Shown piece by piece: positions 1 through 11,719 of a stretch of 64,000 nt of DNA. A program made the position numbers and the translations under genes. Within the stretch, counting starts at the first letter, position 1. Every line of letters begins with the position of its first letter. This DNA is from Marsupella aquatica (taxonomy: Eukaryota; Plantae; Marchantiophyta): positions 10,528,184 through 10,592,183 of the forward strand of contig OZ316895.1 in NCBI GenBank assembly GCA_973895155.1. Reading direction: 5' to 3'. Under the pieces are notes generated by a model. That model worked only from the letters and a program-made list of their open reading frames with translations, did not search any database and was not told the DNA's origin.

Positions 1-2055
1 CGATCAGCGGATCAGGATGGAGATGGATGGACCTTTTTTTTGGATTCTCCGAACCTCGTCAACAACGAAGTATCTCACATGAATTCTCCTGGAATCACGA
101 TCAGGAATACATGGAAAAGGATCGATCTTCTGGGAGAGTTTTTTGTCCCAATCACATCATTCAGGAAAGAGAATGCTTTTGCATCGAAGTGTCGCACACG
201 AATTCTCCTGAAACACGACCAGAATGCAGCTGGATTGATCGTTCGGGGTTCTCCCAACTCTGTTCCCTCGGAATCTCTCAATTCAACCACGACCGTAACG
301 GAAACGGAATGCTACGACGGCGATACAACCTGCAGTAGTCCATTGAGGGATCAGAGGACGGAGATTTCTCTTCAGAATTCGATTCTGCTGGAAACTTTCA
401 GCAAGAGACAGTGCTTTTCCAGAATTTGTGAATCGCGGACATAACAGTCCCCCAGCTTATAATATGATTTCTGAATCGAGCGCGCTGATAGTGGTACATC
501 ATGGAGGCGTAGAGAAAGAAGCTCATAATCTGATCCAAGCAAGCCATAACTGCAGTTCGTACCGTTAATATCTGTCCCTTTCTCTCCTTTGACAAATCCT
601 AAGATACTGCACGTGCACTCTACTCTAGGACACCAAATCGAAAGTGTTCTGAGGAATCGCCTGCCTCAGGATTAGTTGGCCGGTAACTAGATAGACCTTA
701 TTACTGCACTAAATCGCAGATCAGATCAGCTGTGCAGCCCTTAATTCCGGACGGTAGCACTCGTCATAATTGTTTCCAGATATTCGTGTCGAAAGGCCGA
801 AGCCCAGTCTGGGAGGGGACCAGGTTAATGCAAGCACATCATTTTCAAGGAACTTTATAAGAGAACAAAGGTGGTCAACAACCAGCACTCAACGAATCAA
901 TGCTGGAATATTACTTAAAATAATTCAAATGCAAACGTTGCTTGAGCTACGTGAACATCATTCCCAGCGCAGAAAGGGGGCAGTCAAACCTTCGTGTACT
1001 CTATTGAGTGACAAGCCAGTCACAAGTGGAAAATATACACACCCTAGAGGCAAATCGAGGCCCAAAGAGAGTGAGAATTGACACCTCTGACCAGTCAAAT
1101 TCATAGGCTCTTCGTGGAGCAAATTTCGCAGCTCAATTGATTACATCTTCAAAGCGGCGCAATGCTCTGCTCGAACGTACCGTAACTTCGGAGCTAACAG
1201 TCTCGTCCTTTGTCACAGGATTCTTGATACAAAATAGAAGTATTCCACAAAAACTGTATGCTGGAATGTTCGAGACTCGTGTGCTCACTGAAGACTGAGT
1301 CCTTCGGCATTGTTGGATTCTCGGCATTTACGTCAGTGGAGCACGATAACGTCTCCATGAATGGGAATGGGCTCTTTCTCCGTACCGGTGAAACAGTTCG
1401 TGAGTGAGCAAACGTCATCGAGGCCGACGAATATACCCCCGAAGGTGACGGATTGACAGCCTTCGCCACAATTCCACTTGTTGCTAAGTCTACTGTCTAT
1501 GGACATCACCTGTGGATTTCATGCTTAGTGTACATTGTCACAAAAGAGGCGGCTCTTCGCTGCCCTCGCTGAGCATTAGAATCGTTTGAAAGGTTTTGGT
1601 TGATCGCTGCAGGGAGAGCTCCATCCTACAGTATATCAATCGTATGACAATCTATTCTCCCCTGCTCAGCTCAGCCCAAAACACCTTCTCAATCTGTCGA
1701 AGCATCCAAGAAATCGATGGAGGGGGCGAGTTCAAGAGTTAACACACCTCACCCTTCCTTCGAAAAGCCTGACGATCACCGTAGCAAGTGAATCTCAACG
1801 CTAAAGTTTTGTGGACTCGAACACGTTTGCAAAAGTTTAGAATTGCGAATGTTTGTCCTTTCAAATATTGAACTAAGAAAAGACTGAACAGAGTCGAAAG
1901 TGAGGAGCAAAGGACAGCGGAAGTCCCTGCAAGTCGGTAGAAGGTCTGGCCAACGTCACTTTAAATCTTTCCAGCTTTGAGCAACAACCTCGCTCACCGT
2001 CTTGACTCCCTCATCATTCCAGCGGAAAATAAAGCCAACAATAAGAATAATAGAG

Positions 2056-2757
2056 TCAGGAGTTCTCAAATGCTGAGGAAGAGAACGAGTGTCGCCGAAC
2101 ATGGGCAGGATCGGACAACAGAGGCGATTCAGGAATACTGTGCAGAGATGGCTTCCATGAAGCACTACAGTAGAAGCTGAACCCGTCGTCGTCGTCGTTA
2201 TCATCATCATCATCCACGCCCCCTTCGCTTACGACCTTGCCGACGCCCTCCAAACTGTCGATGCGCTTTCTTGCGCAATCAAAACCAGCACTAACATGAC
2301 TACGAGCCTCTTGGTCTCCAGACTGGGAGGAATCTCTGGTGGTTTGCAAAATTGAGGCCAAGTGCTGCCTAGTCGCCGTAATAATCTGCGACCTGCGACT
2401 CGACTTCCTCGTCATCTGCTGCTTCGGATGCGGCTCCTCGTCAGGATTCAACGAGGACAATTGCTTGGCAAACGTCTGAGCCACTTTGTCCCTGTACTGA
2501 GGTGGGATGGGGTAGAGGATGTACTCGTGGCCGGGGAGAAGCTTCGTGTCAGGACGCACAATGGTAACCTTCCTCCTCTGCTGTTCCAAAGACCAGTCAC
2601 GCTCTATATAGTTGGCGAGGATGACGAGATGCTGGGGGTAGCGATTCATTACCTCCAATGCCGTCACCGGAAAGTCGAAATCGTCGATCCTCCCATTCGG
2701 CCGCATTATTCGTACCACTGCCACTCCGACGCAACATCTCATCACGACGTTTCCCAT
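2056..2757 (-). CDS. PADRE / DUF4228 family protein, intronless, 233 aa
   Basis: N-terminus MGNVVMRCC (myristoylation Gly2 plus palmitoylation Cys); VRIMRPNGRIDDF...VMNRYPQH; LLPGHEYILYP; C-terminal WKPSLHSIPE. These are the characteristic PADRE motifs. Confidence 0.88.
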   Translation of the reverse strand: MGNVVMRCCVGVAVVRIMRPNGRIDDFDFPVTALEVMNRYPQHLVILANYIERDWSLEQQRRKVTIVRPDTKLLPGHEYILYPIPPQYRDKVAQTFAKQLSSLNPDEEPHPKQQMTRKSSRRSQIITATRQHLASILQTTRDSSQSGDQEARSHVSAGFDCARKRIDSLEGVGKVVSEGGVDDDDDNDDDDGFSFYCSASWKPSLHSIPESPLLSDPAHVRRHSFSSSAFENS

Positions 2758-3779
2758 CTCTTGTCCTCTTATCTTGGTCTAGATTTTCGCCGAGACCGAG
2801 ACGATGAGAGAAAGACACAATCGAGCTGGGTTCAAATGCGATATGTACGTAGGTAAAGCCCCAAAAAGGATGACCTCTCTTACTCACTCGCGAGAGCGGA
2901 CGCTGGCAAGGTAATAAATAACGGTGTCAATCGGTCGTGAGAGCTTTTGTCTGTCAATCGGTTGTAAGAGTGGATGTCCTTGCAGCTCCGCCATTGCCGC
3001 CAATACACAAAAGCAAAAGGCGTCTTCTCGAATTCAGAACCGGGAGCCAGATGTGACACCTCCTCCATTGGGCCATAGGGGCAGATCCGCCTTAGTTAGC
3101 GTACGTACGCTGTAAATATATTTTGTAATTCCAGCGCACTGTATAGTCTCCCATAGCGAAGGCCGTCAGGCAGAGAGAGAAGAGCGCTGAAAACATGGGC
3201 GGACGAATATTCGCATGCTGCGAAGGCAGAATGACAGACCTCGAAACTACCGACGGGAGTACAAGATTGGAATATCGGTAGAGAATTGAGTATGGGAGTG
3301 AAAATGGTCAATTAAACAAGGCCAAGAAGGGGTATTCTCCGAGCCACGGTGTCGTGATACCAGTCAGCATCTACGACTGCTGTGAATGTGAGGACAGAGA
3401 GGAGAATGGCTAATCTCTGAATGAGCAGTATGGGAGAAGGCTGCCAGAGGAGAAACGCTCACGCATGCAGGAATTCATCCAGAAATCTGAACGCAACGAC
3501 TGTAGTGACCACAAAGGATGCTCAAGTGGCTCAAGGAAACTCGTAGACGACCATTAAGTACTGTAGTAGTCCGGACATCAGAGAACAATTCTCGATCTCT
3601 ATACAACAAGTAAAGCAGAAAGACCTTAGTCGATCCCCTGAAACACATCTGCTCCGCCCCGTCGACGTCGCCGGCTACAAACTCTCGGAACAGATCCTCA
3701 CAGGCGCGGCATTACCGCTCCCATGCAAGTCCAATACGCAACCAGATGCCTGCTAGAGACACACCGGAGCTCCAACAAA

Positions 3780-4340
3780 GAATTCGAACAGACACAGATA
3801 CGCACACACTGACATAATCAGCCAGTCAGTCGCTCGAACGGACAAGCAGGACCGCCAGAAACTAACAGAAGCTCGAACACACAGGAATTCAAAACACAAC
3901 ACACAAACACAAATATATCAGCCACTCAGTCAGCCCCTCGACATCACTCCGCAATAATACGACCGCCAGAGAACAACTGATCCACGAACCCAAACGCAAT
4001 CAGCCAGTCAGTCAGCCAGTCGCTCCAACTCACTCGCACCGCAACCACAGAATTGAGAGAGACTCCCAGAAGCTCGAACACAAACAAAAACACACACACG
4101 GACACAAATCCAATCAGCCAGTCAGTCAGTCGCTCCAACTCACTCGCTCAGAAACCATAGGACTGCCAGAGACTAACAGAAGCTCGAACACAAACGAATT
4201 AAAAAACAAACACACTCGCAAATACAATCAGCCAATCAGTCAGTGGCTCGAACTCTCAGAAGCTCGAACAACGACTTCAGAGCACAGACACGCACAGAAA
4301 TACAATGAGCGAGTCCGTCATCGGTCGCTCGACATCATTC
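3780..4340. repeat. Diverged tandem array, about 6 units of ~100-115 bp
   Basis: Core AATCAGCCAGTCAGTC(AGTC)GCTC(G/C)AAC recurs near 3816, 3917, 3998, 4112, 4226 and 4304, with CAGAAGCTCGAACACA between cores. Confidence 0.85.
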
Positions 4341-6719
4341 CTTCGCGATGCACTCGACGTAGCTCCGACTCCTCACTCCTCCCCAGTGTTCAGAATGAAC
4401 ATTACTCTACATGTTCGCGCGCATTTAGAAATGCACGCGCACCAAAAACCATTTGATGAGGTGAGCGTGAGAGTTGAGAAAGGCGGGCGGTGGGTCCACC
4501 ACTCACTCCACCTCCGAAAGAACCACAGAAAGAAAAACACACGCGTGAGTGTGGCTGACGAGTTTCTTTACAGAGGAGGAGGGCTGATTGAGGGCCGCTC
4601 TTTTGAGGGTACGGGGTAAGGCGGAGGGTCGGAGGAGGGTTGTAGGGCAGCAAAAGTAAGCTCGTATAGGATAATGACGGTCAGTCTGCTTGTTACTGGG
4701 GTGTAATGGCATGACCGGTGTTAGCCCTAAGATGGTAATGACGGATTGGTATGGGGTTACTAGGTCAGTAACCCTATGACCAGAAAGTGAGTAAATGTTG
4801 ACGGGTGGCACCAAAAAGTTTGTCTGAGATTTGTGGGAACATGTTTCAAAGAGTAACCCCAACCCAAAGAGTCTCATATTTAATACCTGCCTGGAAAAAT
4901 GATTATTGGGCAATATTTTTTGGACACAGGGTTATGGAAATGGTGGCACCTAGTAGAAAAGGTTACACACCAGTAACCTCCTTTCTTCCTGACAAGAATT
5001 AGGGAAGGAAATGGGAGGCCCGGTAACCCTCAATAATGCATGGGAGGATAATATTAACTTATAGGATGAAGGGCACTTGCCTCTAATATCGTCTCAAAGT
5101 TGTGTTATGAGTGAAACTTACGGATTTGTGATATATTCCAGTACTCAAGTTATGGGGCACAGTTAAAGAATTTAAGAAATGGGGGGAGGTAACATTGACC
5201 CACCCCATAAGTGGGAGTTATGACCTCACCTGTCTCATAGCATATATATTATTTTTTCCTCAATTATTGATCAGCCGCCATCTCAAATGCAGCAGCGATC
5301 ACCACGTCAGGAGCAATTCCCACGTGTCTTTAGTCACGGCTTTTGGGAGTTTCGGAGTCCCCAATTTCCCGATTTCCACCTAAAGTCGCGGGAGAATTAT
5401 GGGTTAAGTGTTCAATCCATGGGCTTTCCTTACAGTAGCCAAAAATCGGCTCCCATAACTTTTACGGGAGTTCCCATAATATTTTAGTTACAAGAGCACC
5501 TTATCTTGTTAACTAAGGCCAAGCTTTAAGACGCCCTAATGGGGTATAGGGTCAAGAGTATGTGTACTGTGAAGGTCCAGTGGGCTGACTCGTATGCGTA
5601 GACCCGTATCCCCATTATGGGGAGAGGGCCCTGCCCCTAATCTACATTACGGATTAGATGGACAACTCTGATTACATCGGGCAGGAATGGACGGCTTTCC
5701 ACTGTCGGGGTTGTGAAAATAGATAGATGGCAGCCACTAGGGCGGGCAATCAACCGGATTACATTGACTATCAATTGGAGGCTACCACGTATATGGCATT
5801 GATTGTTCACCTATCCGTCATGTTGTTGTCTCAATGACGTTGTGATTTGTAGATTCATGGTGTGCTTTGGGGTAGTTGTTGACCGTTGTGCTGTGTGCTC
5901 TCAAGTTCTCGTGTAGACACATTGTGTTCTTTGTTCACAGTGGCTACCATCGGTTGATTTGACGTTGCCATCAGTCGATTCTATGTACACTGCCATCAGC
6001 CAATTCTGATGCTCCTTGTTTGATGGAGGCTGCAGGTTGCCGGGCTTGAGGCGTTGGAGGGCAGGGTCACACCTTTGCTTGTTGACTTGTTTGTTATTGA
6101 TTTGTTATCCACGTCGCCGTTGCCATCAATATTTTTAATGCGCTAGTGTAGATTGGTTGATTGTTTGTTGTTGGAGGTCTTGCTTGATTGATTGTTTTGG
6201 CTAATTGTTGCTGCCATGGTGTATATGTGCGACTGCAGGGTGGCACGCTGGAGTGCATTGCAGGGACCGGTTGAAATTTTGCTTGCTTGCCATCAGCTCC
6301 TGCTTCTGTTGGTGCTATCATTGATTGCTTGCATGTAATGGACGTTGGCAAGCCTTTTGGTTGCGACCAGGTCACATATTTTTTGATGGTTTTTACATCA
6401 ATCAGCTCATCACTTTGCTACTGCCAACAATCTCTTATGTGCAACCTGATTGTCGCTATAGCCATGATGTATTTGTTGTGACTTATTCACTCTACTTGCT
6501 CCATGGACTGGTCATGCACAATTGCAGGGTGGCTCCCTGAAGGCATTGGAGGGACCAACTGAAGGTGTCTCTGATGACACAATGAATGGTTCCACAAACC
6601 TGGTCCACAAATGACCCTGTTTGATGACACTCACAAGGCCGAGCTGCAGAAGCTAAACCCGCGTCTAGACAGCTTACATGTAGATAACAGCCTAAGAAGG
6701 AACCAAACTTCAATGAAGT

Positions 6720-7320
6720 GTGGGGCCGGCCACCTGTAAAATTCCTCACAGAAGACCCGCAGTTTCAAAGGACCCTTCTTGACGGTGCATTTAATCAATG
6801 GGCAGTCAATTGTTTGACTAGATTTTGAGAATTCAAATGATGGGATATGCAAGTTCCATTCAAGGATCTCTTTCTGTCAGAATGTGCTGCAATTTTGATC
6901 AAGTTTTGGACAAATTTGTAAGAAGGATGACAACTTATATCCAACTCATAAGTTGATGGGGTTCTACCCTGCTTTTCATCAAGTGTTAAGGCGTTGACAA
7001 GAATTTTGAGTTGCACAAACGGGGAAGGATGAGCCTGTGTTTCATATGCGCAAGTGTCCATTGTTTAAGCAAGTCAGGATTGTTTTTGTCTTAGCCATGG
7101 AACACTTGATGTCCAATGGTGCTAATTTGCCTTGCGAAAAGGCATATGTGATTTCCTTGGTTGACAAAGCCACTATGTTACCTCACTCCTGCACAACCAC
7201 TGTTCATCCTAGTGACCTGCAGCTTCAAGCAGTGTATTTCCTTCTATTTTGGTTTGCTATTTGTGGAGGCAAATTAATAGATTTGCTCAGGATACCTTCG
7301 TAGAAGAGAGATGAAGGTTT
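6720..7320 (+). pseudogene. Decayed Crypton/DUF3504-type tyrosine recombinase fragment (N-terminal helical domain plus first catalytic box)
   Basis: Manual translation gives WAVNCLTRF*EFK*WD...AAILIKF / frameshift / GQICKKDDNLYPTHKLMGFYPAFHQVLRR*QEF*...FHMRKCPLFKQVRIVFVLAM...EKAYVISLVD...HPSDLQLQAVYFLLFWFAICGG. This follows the remembered Crypton pattern WAVN..F / KFF.EVRKKDG..YP / FALRGG. The stops are TGA, consistent with CGA deamination. Confidence 0.65.
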
Positions 7321-7503
7321 TCCCCTTGTGCTTGTGCTATTCTTGGAATCAATGCTATCTGTATTATTTATCTGCAGCCTTCTGATAATAAATATTTATT
7401 TGTGCATATATGCTTGCTGTTGGGTACACCCCTCCAACCGTCATTGCAGGAGACTCCTGCCATTATTCAGACTCAGGCCATGACTGAGGCGACATCTACT
7501 TTA

Positions 7504-7643
7504 AACAAGATTGTCCTATGGTGACTGAGATGACTTCTATTGAGACAGAGTTGTCTTGTGATGTGAGTCTACTCTGAACAAGATTGTCCCTATGGTGACA
7601 AAGATGACTCCTATTGCGACTAAATTGTCTTGTGATGTGAGTG
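7504..7643. repeat. Tandem duplication of ~73 bp
   Basis: AACAAGATTGTCC(C)TATGGTGAC..AGATGACT.CTATTG.GAC...TTGTCTTGTGATGTGAGT occurs twice. Confidence 0.85.
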
Positions 7644-7719
7644 CAGATGGACATATTGACCGGAAGTATGACGGTTGGGTAAGTGACTACAACCGGGATG
7701 AGCTTTGAGTATTTCCTAG

Positions 7720-8715
7720 GAGATATATGCTTGATGGGCCCCTTGGTGAACCTTTCTTACCTGATGGGCCCCTAGGTAACTTTTTTTACCAAGTAGGACC
7801 CCTCTTAATGACCAGTACACCTGTTCTTGTGTGGTGCCTACACCTGTCCTATTGTGGTGCCTACTATGTATAGTGACTCCAAGAAAACTGCACAGTTGAA
7901 CCGTGCGGTCGACTTTACATGGTCGACCGAGAAACCATAGAGATTATTTGGGAGAAACTGCAAAGAGCGATTGCCGCTGTCGAAACTGCGATTTGAAGAC
8001 AATATTCATTATCTTTGGATTCACTGGGTTAATTCCTGAAGACACAATGGATTATGTTTTCGGGTTCAAATTTTTACCGTATCGTGGGGTAGTTATTAGG
8101 TATGTTTTTCACGTTGCGCACATGGGTTTTTCACGATGTTTTCATACACGATTGTCAGCGTCAGTGTGGGGTACCTCCAAATGTCCACAAAGGATATTCA
8201 AGTTCAATGTTCAGAATTTGCCTACTGCCGCCACAACAAAAATTGGCAAATGATTGACAATTGCGTTAAAAAAATGGTAATACTCCCCTGTGCAATGCAT
8301 ACAAACAATTTCAAAAGAAGACAGACCCAAAGGTGTCGGGGTACACCCTAAATCCTAAACCTTGAAACACGGGAAGACATAATCTATTGAGTCTTCAGGC
8401 ATTAACCCATTGAATCCGAAGACATAATGCATATTGTCTTCAAATCATAGTTTCGACAGCGGCAGTCGCTTTTCGCGGTTTCTCCCAAATCATCTTCGTG
8501 GTTTCTCGGTCGACCATGCAAGGTTGACCGCACTGTTCAACTGTGCAGTTTGCTTGAAGTCACCATACATAGTAGGCACCACATAATGACAGGTGTAGGC
8601 ACCACACAAGAACAAATGTACTGGTCATTAAGAGGGGTCCTATTTGGTAAAAAATGTTACCTAGGGGCCCATCAGGTAAGAAAGGTTCACCAGGGGGCCA
8701 TCAAGCATATATCTC
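7720..8715. mobile_element. Non-autonomous Mutator-like element (MULE/foldback) with ~340-bp TIRs
   Basis: Starts GAGATATATGCTTGATGG and ends CCATCAAGCATATATCTC. Arms ~7720-8060 and ~8375-8715 are reverse complements with scattered mismatches. Perfect 10-bp TSD TATTTCCTAG at 7710-7719 and 8716-8725. Confidence 0.92.
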
Positions 8716-9510
8716 TATTTCCTAGACTCTCTTGTGGTAAATCATGTTCATCAAAGTAGAAGCCACTCTATGGAGTCTCCTTATGGGGTCTAGTTTGTAT
8801 AAAACATAATCCTCTAAGTTGTACAGGATCTAGTTTGTCAAACATAATCCTCTAATTTTGAGATGTACATTTTAGGATTATTATAAGTATCTTGATATGA
8901 ACTGATTTTTCAGCATATATAAATTATCTCAAAAAAACCTGAAAATTAGTTTTTAATATAAATTTAGGGAATATTTCAAGTACGCTATTTTGTCAATATA
9001 TACATAATAAAAATAACCAATATTTATGATTTAATAAAATATTTCAAGAAATTTTCAAGTATCTTGATATAAGCACGGACTTTTCAGTATAAAATAATAT
9101 TTTGGCCTTCAATTAATTTTCATAATAAAAGGTATGTTTTTGTGCAAATTAATGCACAGCTCCTGGTCATGAATTTGAAACTACTGTACAGGGACCAGGT
9201 CAATGACCCCCCTGTGTTGATTTAGACACCATTTAGACCACCCCGGGTTGATTGTCAGCCCAAGGATTATTAGAGACATTATGAATCTCAGGAGAGTCTG
9301 AGTACAGACGAACCACTGTTCATAAACGGTGCACGTTTATCCCAACTAACCCGATGATTGATGGGTTTAAAGGCGGTGATATAAAATGTGCACATGCATA
9401 ATTATTTCTACGAGGGCTCAAACATGGCGTATCCGTGGTTCTTGGCTTCATCCTTAGACGTAGGTCATGGCTGGAGTCTTGAAGTTGATGTTCCCATGGA
9501 CATTCCCACG

Positions 9511-9672
9511 GACAGAGTATGTTTCTTCCTTACTAAGTATGCTTATTGAAACAGAACAATACCAATACAAAAGCAGAGATCCTCCTCCAATAGACAAAGT
9601 ATTTTCTCCCTTGAAATGTGTTTTTATTCAGACAGAACAACACCACCACAAAAGCAGAGGATGCTCACCATA
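9511..9672. repeat. Diverged tandem duplication of ~81 bp
   Basis: GACA.AGTAT...TATT.A.ACAGAACAA.ACCA..ACAAAAGCAGAG occurs twice. Confidence 0.7.
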
Positions 9673-11440
9673 ACCCCAACCACCTAAGAGTTTGTGATGG
9701 AAATAGACATGATAATGAATGAAAAGTGACTTGTGATAGATCGAGCATTTTTGACACCCAAAACGTTGAAATAGGTGTTATGTGAGTAAAAAAGAGCAAT
9801 TCTCATTACAGGATCCATTCAAGCATCTTATCAGGATAATTCATGATATTTTTTGTTGTTGTTTGCCTCAAACTATTTCAAAGAACTGCAGTCCAAGAAA
9901 CAAGCAACGTAAAACAGGGGGTCCAAAAGGACAAGACCTAAAGTGGACCAAATATTGAAGTGCGAAAGCAGGAAAGCCGGCATCAGGCAGAAACCCAGCA
10001 GACAGAAGTAAAAAGCCTCCAATTGGGGCTAAAGTAGAGGTTTAACTGGTGTTGGGGGAGAGCATAACTCCACAAAGGTTGCCAATAGCCAGGGTGGCTT
10101 TACAAGGCACAGGGCCCAGTGCTTTTTTAATTCAGTTTGAAATTAACTCTTGACCCTATAATGCGTGACAAGCTGCAGTTGACTTTATAAAAACTGGGGG
10201 CCATTTAGGTAGCCTGGAGAAAGGAGTGGGCCCAAAGAAATGTTGACGTGGAGTGCTGATTTTGTATACAATTGTACACTACCTCCAAGGTGGTCCAAGC
10301 ATTGGCTCCTTCGTTCAAGAGTTCCGCATTTATTGAACTTGATTTCAAATCAAAAGATTTTTGTTCTAGAATGTGTCCTCACATAGAGAAGGGTCTCTCC
10401 ACTTTGCTTACGTGGAAAAAAGTCAGAAGTGCCCCCCTCTTGTAAACCAACATCAGATCGCACAGTAGTTCGGCAAAGAACCTTGAATTTCCTGTACTCT
10501 CTGTACCAAATCTCCCAAATGATAATGATACTGACGATTGTGTACGAGCACACAAGGAACTGAATGTCTTGGTACGTTGTGGGCAGTATCGAACGTTCAG
10601 AAACAACTCTCCTTCCATCGTCATCGCATTGCCTGTGGCTGTCTGACGTTTCCACCCAAGGGCCAATGCATCAATACGTACTCGGTTTCATCAACGTGCA
10701 GATCTCAGAAACAGAGCAAAGCCCAAAAATTTAAGAAAGAAATACTCACTCAGAGTAATTTCTATCAAATCCAACAGAACTGGTCTGATCTGAGTCTCGC
10801 CTTGGATCCTGCTCCTTCACGACTGTTCTAGTACTGTTTATCCTTCGCCACGATCTTCTATTGCAACTCAATTTGCGTTCCTTCGTTTTCCACCTTCATC
10901 ATCTTCTTGTCTTATTTCCCTGTCCTTCTTCTCGTTTGGCTTCATCTTTGCTCTCTCCGGTTCTGTTCCAAATTTCTCCTCAATCCTTTCCTTTCCTGCT
11001 CTTCGCTGGGTAATTGATTGGGCATGCCCTGTTCTCTAGAGGAGTACAGGGGGAGATATAAGTTGTGGGGCTCCCGAGATATTTTCATTAATTTATTTCT
11101 GGTGAATCTTCGTAGGAATGTAGTTTTTAAACTTTCCAATTGAAGAAAGCACAGGAGCTGTTTGGAAAACCGGCCGCAACGGCAGGGCGATCACATCCAT
11201 CTAGCACGCGGTCTCCTCTGCGTATCTGCTGCTGCTGCTGCTGCAGCGTTTCTGAAAATAATACCTCATCAGTACTACCCAGTGCCCACAATCATCTCCT
11301 GGTCTTGCTGCACTCATGAGGACTTGCTTTGCAAGTTTGCAGTCATAATTATGGGCCCCACTTCGGGCTGTTGACTTACTCATGAGCCTCGGAGCAGGGA
11401 ATTGGAGGGAAGTTCATTCTATAAGTGAGTCCTCACTCCT

Positions 11441-11520
11441 CACGGATTCTCTCAAACACAAAACACAGTTTCTGAGTGGTCACGGATTCTCTCAAACACA
11501 AAGCACAGTTTCTGAGTGGT
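11441..11520 (+). repeat. 40-bp tandem duplication near the start of the Moco-sulfurase-like transcript
   Basis: CACGGATTCTCTCAAACACAAA(A/G)CACAGTTTCTGAGTGGT twice with one mismatch; TATA-like CTATAAG at ~11419. Confidence 0.9.
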
Positions 11521-11719
11521 GACAGGAGGCTTGAAGGACGTCACACACTTACGCAGCCAGTGGAGAAAAGGAGAGGAGACGGAGGTCACATCGAATCAGT
11601 TCTGATGTAGGCGATGCACCGGAATCCGAGTGAGCTGCTGTTGTTGCTGTGGAGTAAGTGGAGTCTGTGAAGGGATCTCTTCGCCTGGGTTGTCCAATTA
11701 GAGAGCATCGGAGTTCAAA

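Noticed and set aside
1-1900. Short ORFs on both strands (40-444, 1194-1469 and others)
   Set aside because: No recognisable domain. A minus-strand acceptor at ~331 suggests UTR/intron of a gene left of the window, but this cannot be shown here.
2362-2887. ORFs 2362-2856 (+) and 2597-2887 (-)
   Set aside because: Shadow frames of the PADRE gene.
10350-11140. Purine-rich minus-strand stretch with a gtgagt donor, possibly a divergent gene
   Set aside because: All frames close quickly and no motif is recognisable; it may be a lncRNA but there is no support.
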